Shown: positions 17,632 through 25,568 of the stretch, one piece after another
How the letters are laid out: each line of letters starts with the position of its first letter
Numbering within the stretch: position 1 is the first letter of the stretch
IMG/VR virus record: IMGVR_UViG_3300048625_000523
Span: 1-56,098 of that record
Direction: 5' to 3' (one strand)
Length of the DNA: 56,098 nucleotides
DNA from: a virus
Taxonomy: Duplodnaviria; Caudoviricetes
The notes under the pieces: model-generated
Database searches by the model: none
Told to the model about the DNA's origin: nothing
Seen by the model: only the letters and a program-made list of their open reading frames with translations
Made by a program: the position numbers and the translations under genes

Positions 17632-19656
17632 CTACCATTTTGACTTTGACGCGAGCGGATGATGTTCGTCGTAGTGGTTGCACGCTTCCTTCCACGCAGC
17701 TGAGCCTCTCCAATATCCGTCATTGCGAATCGCATATACCATAATCATCGTACCATCCGCCGTGCGCAGTCGGTTCCCAGCACAAGGTGGGTTGAATCCT
17801 GCCCTCTTCAACTCGCGCGACATTGTATTGAGCGTGCAGCGCGAATTGCCCAACGGGTCGTACAGTGCCAACAATTCTTTGGGTGTGAACAGGTCTCCAG
17901 TCAGTCCAGCGCGGTGCAGCATGGAAGTGGTGTTGATGCGCAGTTCTTGCACCCATGCAGCGATATCACTCTTGTTCGCCGATTGCATGTGCATCTTGCT
18001 GATCGTCATTGGTGCGGGCTCCGTGGGGTCGAATTTGCTGGTGTCCACGGTCAGCAAGTGGTGCCACAAAGCGGATATAAATTCGTCATCATTTAGTGCT
18101 GCAACAGCTCGTTTGCGCAAAGACACAGACAACTTACCGCTCAAAACTTCGTGGATGAAGAACCTTCGGTCTTGGTCGTCCATTGTCAGTGCGTCAGGAT
18201 CGTTGGACGTGATGTAGTAGTTGATAGTGTCCAGTATGGAGTATGATGGTATGAACTTCGGATCTAGTCGTATGTACTTCTGCGTGACCATTGTCATCAA
18301 TCGCCTCATGAACCTGCGGTCTCCACGTGCTGTAATATCGTCAGCCAATGCAAACTGCTTGTTCTCAGCCCACTGGAACCGTCCATCGTCCAAGTCTTGA
18401 TCCTTCAGCTCTGTGCTGTTCTTGCCGTAAATCCGACACACCATACTTCCGATCAACGTCTTGCCTGTGCCGTGCTCCGGCCCCCACACCAACACAGCAG
18501 TGTTCAATTTGTATCCGGGGTTCTGCAGCGGATAGGCCAGCCATTGTTCGAACCAATTGCGCGATTCATCCTGCTTCAGGAACAAGTGGTCCAATAACTC
18601 GTGCCAAACTGAACAATCACCTTGTCTCGGTGCGTCTATACCCCACCCACTCCATGTATTGAGAAGCCCTTGTTGTGTGACCGTGGGTTCTCCAGGCGCG
18701 AAGGCCACGCCACGCACTTCACTGCGATGCTCCCACTTCAACCACTCCGTGGCTGCAGACTTCTTGGTCAGCGTTACTTCGCCACGCTTGTTCACAGTTT
18801 GTTCCCAGTGTGCAATGTTGGCAAAGGCGTGGTTTGTAAATGATTGTGGGGGCAGCTTTTGTTTCAGTTCATGATCCCACACGAATCCTGGGTCTCTGAC
18901 ATACACCACTCTTTGGTTGAGCGCATGCAGTGCTTGCGATGGGCTGAACTCGACAGCACCCAATAACACTGCATCCAATTCTTCCGCACCGTACAAGAGT
19001 ATGAAGTCGTCCAACCCAACCTTGCTGACTTCTTCATTTGCGGGCAACCGCGCCAACATTACTCGGGCTCCCAGCTCTAGCAGTCGTTTAGACAACACAC
19101 CTTCGGCCCGCACAATGTCGGGATTCGTGGCTGCGTCGGAGTCGAACACAATGTATACCATGCGTCCATCCCATGCAAATTGTTGCAAGGAAGGTAGCAC
19201 ATGCAACTCATTCTTTTTGGACATGAAACACCAAACCCCGCCCAATCCCAGCGTGGGGTACCCAAACTTGGTCGCGCAAGCAGCTTTCAACTCACCTTCA
19301 GTGATAATCAGTGGTACTGAAGGGTCTTGAGCGATGGCAACCCAATCAACGAATGGTGCAAAATACACTTCATTGATCGTGGCCGAAGGTTGTCCGTATC
19401 TCAGGGGCTTGGGTTGTGTGATTTTATCGAAACCTTTGCGGGTGTCTGCAAGGTACCGGTACCGATAGAACTTCGTGACTTTGCCATCCAGGGCGAAGTA
19501 TGGTATTTTGAAGCCTGCTGCGTATGCAGGCAATTTGAGAGACTTTTTGGCTTCAGCTTCTTGAAGCAGCTCCAGCTTGAGCAATTTTGCATCAGACAAA
19601 TCAAGCAGCGAACCACCCAGCTTATTCTCAAACAGCGTTTCTAAGGGTTCTGTCAT
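17632..19656 (-). CDS. Primase-helicase (Toprim/DUF3854-like plus SF3/D5-like helicase)
   Basis: IITEGELKA, VFDSD, KVGLDDF. LAYPLQNPG and Walker A GPEHGTGKT. Confidence 0.9.
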   Translation of the reverse strand: MTEPLETLFENKLGGSLLDLSDAKLLKLELLQEAEAKKSLKLPAYAAGFKIPYFALDGKVTKFYRYRYLADTRKGFDKITQPKPLRYGQPSATINEVYFAPFVDWVAIAQDPSVPLIITEGELKAACATKFGYPTLGLGGVWCFMSKKNELHVLPSLQQFAWDGRMVYIVFDSDAATNPDIVRAEGVLSKRLLELGARVMLARLPANEEVSKVGLDDFILLYGAEELDAVLLGAVEFSPSQALHALNQRVVYVRDPGFVWDHELKQKLPPQSFTNHAFANIAHWEQTVNKRGEVTLTKKSAATEWLKWEHRSEVRGVAFAPGEPTVTQQGLLNTWSGWGIDAPRQGDCSVWHELLDHLFLKQDESRNWFEQWLAYPLQNPGYKLNTAVLVWGPEHGTGKTLIGSMVCRIYGKNSTELKDQDLDDGRFQWAENKQFALADDITARGDRRFMRRLMTMVTQKYIRLDPKFIPSYSILDTINYYITSNDPDALTMDDQDRRFFIHEVLSGKLSVSLRKRAVAALNDDEFISALWHHLLTVDTSKFDPTEPAPMTISKMHMQSANKSDIAAWVQELRINTTSMLHRAGLTGDLFTPKELLALYDPLGNSRCTLNTMSRELKRAGFNPPCAGNRLRTADGTMIMVYAIRNDGYWRGSAAWKEACNHYDEHHPLASKSKW

Positions 19657-19689
19657 AATTCAACGTTGTGACGGAGTTGAAGACGAGGC

Positions 19690-19767
19690 GTCGCCTCGCG
19701 CTACATAGAGTGAGGAGGAGCTGAACCCGACTCACTCGCAGGCCGTCTCCTGGTAGCGCGAGGCGAC
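19690..19767 (-). ncRNA. Putative structured small RNA/leader (three-way junction)
   Basis: Perfect 15-bp outer stem (19690-19704/19753-19767), 7-bp stem (19708-14/19731-37) and 4-bp stem (19739-42/19749-52). Its 5' end coincides with the predicted start site of the adjacent promoter. Confidence 0.65.
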
Positions 19768-19772
19768 AATGT

Positions 19773-19801
19773 ATTGTGTCTCAGACACAAGTAAAAGGCA
19801 A
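19773..19801 (-). promoter_or_regulatory. Sigma70-like promoter for the ncRNA/primase
   Basis: TTGCCT-N17-CACAAT. Confidence 0.6.
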
Positions 19802-19803
19802 TC

Positions 19804-20265
19804 TCAAAACGCAACCCCCATGCGCAGCTGCGTTACACTCACAGTGCCGTTGCCAATGGCTGGAACCCACAACACATCCCAACGTCCTTTGCCAATTTGA
19901 CCACTCAGCACTGCACCACCAAGCATGTTGCAGGTCTTGAGTTGTGCGCACGTGTAGCCTGTAGCATATACACCCCACACCCCGGCTGAGAAGGTTCCAA
20001 GCTTCAGAGGCTTGTAAGCTCCGCCCATGTGCATGGAACCGCCTCCATAGCTGTTCGTGCCGAAGCCCACGTCGGTGGAAAGTGTTTCGTTGAAGTCGTG
20101 TTGCCAACTGATGCGGTGCGGCTGTTGCCACGGCTCACACTTCTTGGCGTACGAAGATTGACATTCGGAAGTGTGTTTTGTGTATGCGTCCAACATGATT
20201 CTATCTTCTGCAACACACACCCCACTGCTCAACAACATTGCAACACACAACCATCTTACTTGCAT
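19804..20265 (-). CDS. Secreted, probably outer-membrane beta-barrel protein (PagP-like)
   Basis: Signal peptide, alternating beta-strand pattern, YTKH and TNSYG motifs, terminal Phe. Confidence 0.55.
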   Translation of the reverse strand: MQVRWLCVAMLLSSGVCVAEDRIMLDAYTKHTSECQSSYAKKCEPWQQPHRISWQHDFNETLSTDVGFGTNSYGGGSMHMGGAYKPLKLGTFSAGVWGVYATGYTCAQLKTCNMLGGAVLSGQIGKGRWDVLWVPAIGNGTVSVTQLRMGVAF

Positions 20266-20311
20266 TTTAGTTCTCCTGAAATAGACAGTTCGTGGGTACT
20301 GTCTCAACCCA

Positions 20312-20512
20312 TTATGTTCGCTCTTCGAACATCTCTTGCGCTGCTTCGATTGTGTACAGATCGTCGTTCGGCACAATGAGCAGTCTGCATCCGTCAAGCG
20401 TCACACGCCAACAATCTGTGCGCCCATCGCTTGTTTGAATGTACACTTCAGTGTTGGGTTGTGTGTTGTGCTTCAGCAATTCCGCGATGAGTTCTTTGAT
20501 TTGCATTGCCAA
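20312..20512 (-). CDS. Hypothetical protein
   Basis: Small early ORF in the co-oriented block. Confidence 0.5.
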   Translation of the reverse strand: MAMQIKELIAELLKHNTQPNTEVYIQTSDGRTDCWRVTLDGCRLLIVPNDDLYTIEAAQEMFEERT

Positions 20513-20517
20513 TCCTT

Positions 20518-20739
20518 TTAAAGTGTGCTCAACCTGCTGATAGCTGCATCCAACAACATCCCAGCTGTTTGTGTTCTGCTGGCTACTGCTGATCCGCCAA
20601 GTCTGTACCGACCGCCAGACAATTCTTCTACCACTGTGAAGGCAATTGTCTCTCCTGCTTCACACCGTTGCAACAACTCCTTGGCGCATTCTACAGCCTT
20701 GAAGTCTGGGGTTGTTTGCAGCTCAACAATATTGCTCAT
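20518..20739 (-). CDS. Hypothetical protein
   Basis: Small early ORF with ATGA overlap. Confidence 0.6.
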   Translation of the reverse strand: MSNIVELQTTPDFKAVECAKELLQRCEAGETIAFTVVEELSGGRYRLGGSAVASRTQTAGMLLDAAISRLSTL

Positions 20740-21027
20740 TTTGGCATCCTGTGTGCGTATGCTTCAAAGTACCGGTCGTATGCTTCTTTTGCAGAACGGC
20801 CAGTTGTCTCGGCGTATACATAGTTGCGCACAAAGAAGCTGTCTGCCAACACAAAACCGTGACACACCCAACCGCCAAGTCTGTCCAAACATAGATGGGG
20901 TTTCTTGCTGCTCAACCTATTTCTGGCAATCATTGTTGTCCTCCGTTGTTGTCTACACCTTGTATCTAGATATGTGCTTTGGGTGTCAGCCCTTCGGTCG
21001 GCTGTCGCTGATCTCAAACGTCAGAAC

Positions 21028-21261
21028 TCATTTTCTACCATTCAGCCACTGTTTAGCCTTTGCAAGCCGCGAGTTCATTGCTTCGCTTTTGTATGGGCCT
21101 GAAGTGTGCTTAATGCTGTTTTGCAAATCAATAGTCGATGCATGCCCAAGTGGTACACCTAGTAGTCCAAAGCCTAAGCACGAATTTGATATGTTTTGCT
21201 GCTGCGCGTTGTATCGGGCGCGGGCTGCATCGCTCATTGAAAAGTATTCGTATTGGTCCAT
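21028..21261 (-). CDS. Hypothetical protein (degenerate cassette)
   Basis: SD AGGAG. Flanked by decayed attC halves. Confidence 0.5.
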   Translation of the reverse strand: MDQYEYFSMSDAARARYNAQQQNISNSCLGFGLLGVPLGHASTIDLQNSIKHTSGPYKSEAMNSRLAKAKQWLNGRK

Positions 21262-21279
21262 TTCTAACTCCTATGTGCG

Positions 21280-21337
21280 TTCTAGCTCTTCAATCCATGG
21301 GACTCGCTACAAGCCGCCGGGTATTTCTGCGTTATCC
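21280..21337 (+). repeat. Degenerate attC-like site
   Basis: TTCTAGC TCTTC AATCCATG...GACTCGCTAC...TTCTGC GTTATCC. Confidence 0.5.
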
Positions 21338-21613
21338 GACACGGCCTTCTAGCATTCTGATCGTGTCATCCCACCGAATAGCACTACGGTCATTCCACTT
21401 TTTCAACTTCGACAAAATCAACTCATCACGCCCTTTATATCGGTTTGCAATTGCGACAGTCAGAGCCACCTCCATGTCCGCAGCGCGCTCCATTACATCG
21501 ATCCGAGACGCCTCTATGCCTCGCGCTACGTGGTCGCTGACATAGGCCGATACCTCTGGGTTTTCTTTTACGTAGTCTTGCACATAGTTCAAAAATGCGA
21601 TGTGGTCTTTCAT
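21332..21613 (-). CDS. Hypothetical cassette protein
   Basis: Single ORF between attC sites, stop codon inside the core site. Confidence 0.65.
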   Translation of the reverse strand: MKDHIAFLNYVQDYVKENPEVSAYVSDHVARGIEASRIDVMERAADMEVALTVAIANRYKGRDELILSKLKKWNDRSAIRWDDTIRMLEGRVG

Positions 21614-21633
21614 GGCTTGCCCTTTCTTAGAAA

Positions 21634-21721
21634 GCCTAACACGCCAGCCAAGCTGGCTCCGGCAAGCTGCGCTTGTGATGCCCTCGTTTCACTCGGCTGC
21701 CTCTTACCTCAAACGTTCGGC
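21634..21721 (+). repeat. attC-like site (88 bp)
   Basis: GCCTAAC...CTTACC TCAAAC GTTCGGC. Confidence 0.75.
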
Positions 21722-21722
21722 G

Positions 21723-22106
21723 TCATGGGCGGCTATCCGCGCCGCACCTGGGGCAGCAGCCAGACCACATCTGCGCTTCGCTCATAAACACCTTGCAGCT
21801 TTCGCACCGGTATTGCTCGCGCTTCGGCTTCGGCTTTGGCTCGGGCGTCAGCACAATACCGGTTCCGGCCAGCGCCTCTTCGCGCTTGATGTACTGCATA
21901 TCAACAGCCGGGCGCGTCTTGGCGTCGATGTAATCCTTGGGCCACGGAATGTCCGTCTCGCGCATTTCGTGTTGGGCAACTGCTTCGTCTTTGGTGTAAG
22001 CGTGAGCCTTACTTAAATCAGTCGTGTAACCTTTGCCGTCCTTGGCCCACCAAAGCACATCGTTCCCGACATAGCCACGGCTGTCTTGCAGATAAAATAG
22101 TTGCAT
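21723..22106 (-). CDS. Phage hypothetical protein with C-terminal Zn ribbon (cassette)
   Basis: MQLFYLQDSRGYVGND..WW...GYTTDL. CESC/CPRC. SD AAGGA. Confidence 0.7.
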   Translation of the reverse strand: MQLFYLQDSRGYVGNDVLWWAKDGKGYTTDLSKAHAYTKDEAVAQHEMRETDIPWPKDYIDAKTRPAVDMQYIKREEALAGTGIVLTPEPKPKPKREQYRCESCKVFMSEAQMWSGCCPRCGADSRP

Positions 22107-22127
22107 GTTTAGTCCTTTTAAGATGAC

Positions 22128-22190
22128 GCCGAACACTACATTCGAGGGGATTCGCTGCAAGCTGCGCTTTCCGCTCTCCCCTCACTTACT
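22128..22190 (+). repeat. attC-like site with the right core site lost
   Basis: GCCGAAC ACTAC ATTCGAGG...CCCCTCA. Near-duplicate of 23357-23427. Confidence 0.6.
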
Positions 22191-22372
22191 TCAGCCAGTA
22201 TGCACGCTGTTGCGAGTTTCGCAATCAAGCTATTGTGTGCGGCATGCCACCCTGCCCACGCATCTTGTACCGATGGCAAAACATAATCCCCCGCCTCGTT
22301 TCGGCGTTTTGTGTGCTGATTGTTTCCGAGATGTTCGAGTTCAAACGCCTTACGAATTTTGTTTTCATTCAT
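22136..22372 (-). CDS. Hypothetical cassette protein
   Basis: SD AAGGAG. Contains Y....VQDAWAGW.A. Reads through the damaged attC. Confidence 0.6.
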   Translation of the reverse strand: MNENKIRKAFELEHLGNNQHTKRRNEAGDYVLPSVQDAWAGWHAAHNSLIAKLATACILAEVSEGRAESAACSESPRM

Positions 22373-22393
22373 TTAATTCTCCTTGTTTAGCCA

Positions 22394-22454
22394 GCCTAAC
22401 TAATCGCTTGAGCGCGACTCCGCTTCGCTACGCGCCTCATCTCAAACGTTCGGC
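22394..22454 (+). repeat. attC-like site (61 bp, classic 59-base-element size)
   Basis: GCCTAAC TAATC GCTTGAGC ...CCGCTTCGCTACGCG CCTCATC TCAAAC GTTCGGC. Confidence 0.85.
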
Positions 22455-22690
22455 GTCAAAATCGCTTCAGCCAATTGCATGCCTTCTGCAACAGCCTCAT
22501 CCCGCATCACTCTGGCGGCGAGCCGGTCAATTCCCAGCACCTTGGCAAATTGCCCCTCGCTTAGATTTCCCGTCTCCCATGCCAGCAGCAATTGCGCGTT
22601 CTCCAGTTCTGTCTTCAGGCTGCATGCCGTGCCTCTGTGTTTGGCTTGGTAGAGCCTGTAGCGTCGTTGCTTTAGTTGATCCATGTTCAT
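22442..22690 (-). CDS. Small HTH protein (UPF0175-like), cassette
   Basis: WETGNLSEGQFAKVLGIDR. Ends TPNV* inside attC. Confidence 0.55.
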   Translation of the reverse strand: MNMDQLKQRRYRLYQAKHRGTACSLKTELENAQLLLAWETGNLSEGQFAKVLGIDRLAARVMRDEAVAEGMQLAEAILTPNV

Positions 22691-22704
22691 CACCTTTCTG
22701 TGAC

Positions 22705-22788
22705 GCCGAACAATTCCGTCGAGCGGACGGTTGCAAGCTGGGTTTCTTAACGTGGTCAGTCCGCGCCTGCTCACGTCAAACGTTAGGC
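22705..22788 (+). repeat. attC-like site (84 bp)
   Basis: GCCGAAC AATTC CGTCGAGC...GCTCACG TCAAAC GTTAGGC. Confidence 0.85.
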
Positions 22789-22967
22789 GTCGAGTTTGCC
22801 CGCACTTTCTTTGCTGCGTCCTTGAGCAAAGTTGTTGCAAAACTGTCCAGCAAGTATTCGCAAGATTGGTTCGTTTTCCACAGGGCGATATTCTGTTCTG
22901 CGGCTTCTACCAACTGCATCGCAGTTGAGTTTTCAATGCTTTCTTCCGGCAAACAAAACAAGCCCAT
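22776..22967 (-). CDS. Hypothetical cassette protein
   Basis: SD GGAG. Ends TPNV* inside attC. Confidence 0.55.
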   Translation of the reverse strand: MGLFCLPEESIENSTAMQLVEAAEQNIALWKTNQSCEYLLDSFATTLLKDAAKKVRANSTPNV

Positions 22968-22987
22968 AGTTATCTCCGTTATCGCCT

Positions 22988-23070
22988 GCCTAACCACTCC
23001 GCCGAGCAGACGGGTTGAAGCTAGGCCGTTTAATTAGTCTTGTCCGCCGCTGCTCACGTCAGCGTTATGC
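22988..23070 (+). repeat. attC-like site (83 bp)
   Basis: GCCTAAC CACTC CGCCGAGC...GCTCACG TCAGC GTTATGC. Confidence 0.8.
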
Positions 23071-23337
23071 ATCACGATCATCAAGCGCCAAAGCTGCGTC
23101 AATCGCACTCAGCGCGCCTTCATCGTAGGTGCGGCACACAATCGCGGCCCGCGCCTCTTTCAGAGCTGACAAAAGTTGCTCGCACTTCCCTGTGCCTGTT
23201 TCGTGGTCGGCTTCAAGTTCAAGCGTTTTCACTCTCAAGCGTTCAATTTCCTTCGCCGCAGCCAGATATAGCGACGTGTTTTCATAAAGGTGATTTCTCT
23301 CTGCCACATCGCGCAGATGTTCGACTACATCGTACAT
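23065..23337 (-). CDS. Hypothetical cassette protein
   Basis: SD GGGAG. Contains AAKEIERLR and LLSALKEA. Stop codon in the attC core. Confidence 0.65.
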   Translation of the reverse strand: MYDVVEHLRDVAERNHLYENTSLYLAAAKEIERLRVKTLELEADHETGTGKCEQLLSALKEARAAIVCRTYDEGALSAIDAALALDDRDA

Positions 23338-23356
23338 TTCAGTCTCCCTAAGTGAC

Positions 23357-23427
23357 CCCTAACACTACATTCGAGAGGGATTCGCTCAAGCTACGCTTTT
23401 CGCTACCCCTCAATTACGACGTCAACC
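23357..23427 (+). repeat. attC-like site with mutated right core (GTC)
   Basis: CCCTAAC ACTAC ATTCGAGA...CCTCAAT TACGAC GTCAACC. Confidence 0.65.
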
Positions 23428-23562
23428 AACACGAACATGCCGGCAGCCCGCGATATCGCAATCGCGACAAACGATCACAGCTCCGCTGTCCGGGCTTCTG
23501 ACTTTGCACTATAACTCCGCACAGCAAGTCCAGTTGCTGTTGTTTTGTCGGGTACATGAGGC

Positions 23563-23856
23563 TTACAGCATTTCGTCCAAACGCGCACGGTCTGCCTTGG
23601 ACAACTTCTTTTCTTTAGTTGCAAGATGCTGGCCCACGTACCGTTCCCCTCCCTTGATAAGCAAAGCTGTTTCATCCGGGGAAAGAAAGGTAATAACGTC
23701 GGGGTTACGTCTCAATGTGTCATGAATAAGCCCCATAATGTTCTTATATGCAGGCACGTCAGAGGCCAAGGCTGTTTCTAATTCTGCAAAATGCATCTGC
23801 AAACGGGTTGCATCTTCGGCTGAAAGCGTCGCTTCCGGTATGTCCAACATTGGCAT
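23563..23856 (-). CDS. Hypothetical protein with its own promoter
   Basis: SD AGGAG. Upstream TTGCCA-N17-CAAACT at 23872-23900. Confidence 0.65.
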   Translation of the reverse strand: MPMLDIPEATLSAEDATRLQMHFAELETALASDVPAYKNIMGLIHDTLRRNPDVITFLSPDETALLIKGGERYVGQHLATKEKKLSKADRARLDEML

Positions 23857-23912
23857 ATAAGGTGTTCTCCTAGTTTGTTAAAACTTAAGTAGTTTGGCAA
23901 GTACCCCTGCTA

Positions 23913-24104
23913 TCATTTAATCCTCCGCATGATGTTACGTTTAACCCACGGCTCCGGGCGTGTAGCCAGCTTCTTTGCTGCATCATCCTTGGCCTTGGCC
24001 TGTTCATTTGCCACAGCCGCGAGCATAAACACAGCCAAAGATGCAGCGAAAAAGTATCCAAATATCTTAGCCACAGTTAGATACCTCCAAGATGGATAAA
24101 CCAA
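23913..24104 (-). CDS. Small membrane protein
   Basis: One hydrophobic helix followed by a basic tail. Confidence 0.45.
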   Translation of the reverse strand: MVYPSWRYLTVAKIFGYFFAASLAVFMLAAVANEQAKAKDDAAKKLATRPEPWVKRNIMRRIK

Positions 24105-24111
24105 TACGGCC

Positions 24112-24462
24112 TCATTTTGAGGCCGACTTCACGTTAGGGGTCAGCGGCTCCATCGTGTAGTTGCCACGCCAAGCCATATCGCTCGGCCAGTGCGAACCGT
24201 CCTCACAATCGCAGTCCTGATCTAGTGGTGCGCTGTCGGGGCGCATGTCCTTGTCAATGCACTGCGCAGAGTGCGTGACAACGCCGCAGCAAACCTGCTC
24301 AACTTCCTCGCTCCAGCCTTCATCAAGGTATCCGGCGATGGCGTCCTCTGCTGCTGCATCGCGGTCTTCTTCTGTGCGGAAAAACATCACCCCTTCCCAC
24401 TCAGGATCGAACAACCAAAACGGGTATTCGCTGTGCGGGTGCATCTTGTAATCTTTTGCCAT
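24112..24462 (-). CDS. Acidic phage hypothetical protein (cassette)
   Basis: DEGWSEEVEQVCCGVVTH. Ends TPNVKSASK across an orphan core site GTTAGGG (24133-24139). Confidence 0.7.
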   Translation of the reverse strand: MAKDYKMHPHSEYPFWLFDPEWEGVMFFRTEEDRDAAAEDAIAGYLDEGWSEEVEQVCCGVVTHSAQCIDKDMRPDSAPLDQDCDCEDGSHWPSDMAWRGNYTMEPLTPNVKSASK

Positions 24463-24485
24463 GCTTAAACCTTTCTGGGTCGAAC

Positions 24486-24563
24486 CGCTAACAAATCAAT
24501 CAACCACGCTCCACTTCGTTCCGCTGGACTCGCTACGCTCGCCGGTTATCTCAAACGTTAGCG
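24486..24563 (+). repeat. attC-like site (78 bp)
   Basis: CGCTAAC AAATC AATCAACC...GGTTATC TCAAAC GTTAGCG. L'' carries the extra base expected of attC. Confidence 0.9.
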
Positions 24564-24570
24564 CCCATGT

Positions 24571-24804
24571 TCAAAGTGCATCTAGCGCCGCTTGTATTGC
24601 AATTCGTTCCGCTGGTATGTCTGCCACCAGCATCCATGAGCTTTCACCCTGCTCCCAATGTGTGCTGCTACATTCCACATAGGCCCGCTCTTTGGGATCA
24701 ATATAAAAACACACAGCATCTTCGTTCCCAAGAACCATATGCCCTTCCGTGCATGAAAGCTGCACAGAACCTTGCCGCAACACTGTTAGTCGAGTGTCTT
24801 TCAT
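24571..24804 (-). CDS. Hypothetical protein
   Basis: SD GAGG, co-oriented with neighbours. Confidence 0.55.
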   Translation of the reverse strand: MKDTRLTVLRQGSVQLSCTEGHMVLGNEDAVCFYIDPKERAYVECSSTHWEQGESSWMLVADIPAERIAIQAALDAL

Positions 24805-25000
24805 TTCTTCCTCCCCTCAACCCCAAAACACCCTGTTTCCTACCAATGCACCCATCAAGATTGCATCCGCTCCAACAGCCACAGCCGCACGTCGCAAGGT
24901 GCCAGGCTCACCACTTCATAGCAAATGCCGTACAGGCTCCGGAACTCCGGTCGCAACACCTCTTGCAACCTCTGCCTCACACTCTTCAAGTGCCCGCGAT

Positions 25001-25294
25001 TCATTTCTGCACCTCGCGAACCTTCAACCTGCGCTTCTGCGTCTCCGGAGCCCGCTCAGCCACAATGCGCACCCGTGTGTCAAGCAACGGCGTGGCGAGC
25101 CAGTACAAAACTCCACCCTGCTCACTCGACTCTACTGCGTGGTACTGGTGCAGCACATGCAACGCTCTGCTTACGTCTGCACGCTCTAGTCCCACAGCCT
25201 CAGCAACCTTACGCGCCGTGGCGAAGTCATCCAACTGTTCAAGGTACTCCATGCACATTGAAGTGTGTGTCGGCTGTTTCAATATCCGTGGCAT
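25001..25294 (-). CDS. Winged-HTH protein
   Basis: TARKVAEAVGLERADVSRALHVL...V....G.LYW. Confidence 0.65.
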   Translation of the reverse strand: MPRILKQPTHTSMCMEYLEQLDDFATARKVAEAVGLERADVSRALHVLHQYHAVESSEQGGVLYWLATPLLDTRVRIVAERAPETQKRRLKVREVQK

Positions 25295-25295
25295 A

Positions 25296-25568
25296 TCAAA
25301 CTCCGTAGTATTCAATCTCACGCAGCGCTGCGTTGTACGCAGCCTGCCACCAGTACTGCGCCACTGCAGCTCGCTCTGTGCTCGTGAGCGCATCGTAGTA
25401 CTTGTCCGCACCCAGAGCTTCTTCAATCCTGTGGGGCCGCCACGGGAAGTACTGCGACGTTGCACACCCCACTTCCGCGTCTGCTCGCTTCTCCGCCTCC
25501 GCGTGGAAGGTCTCCGCCTCTTCGCAAGCCCTGTGGTGCGCGTTCTCTGCCCGTTCCAGGAAGTCCAT
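25296..25568 (-). CDS. Hypothetical protein
   Basis: Start MDFLERA abuts the upstream stop codon. Confidence 0.55.
   Translation of the reverse strand: MDFLERAENAHHRACEEAETFHAEAEKRADAEVGCATSQYFPWRPHRIEEALGADKYYDALTSTERAAVAQYWWQAAYNAALREIEYYGV

Larger units (their letters stand above)
21020..24563 (+). mobile_element. Array of integron attC-like sites and gene cassettes without an integrase (CALIN-like)
   Basis: Repeated RYYYAAC...GTTRRRY imperfect palindromes of 58-88 bp between single ORFs. Confidence 0.8.

Noticed and set aside
19690-19767. tRNA gene
   Set aside because: The size is similar, but there are only two internal hairpins, the outer stem is 15 bp, and there is no T-loop consensus or CCA end.
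21020-24563. CRISPR array, REP elements or simple terminators as an explanation for the repeated palindromes
   Set aside because: The repeats are not identical, the intervals are whole genes, there are no U-tracts, and the AAC/GTT box geometry fits attC.
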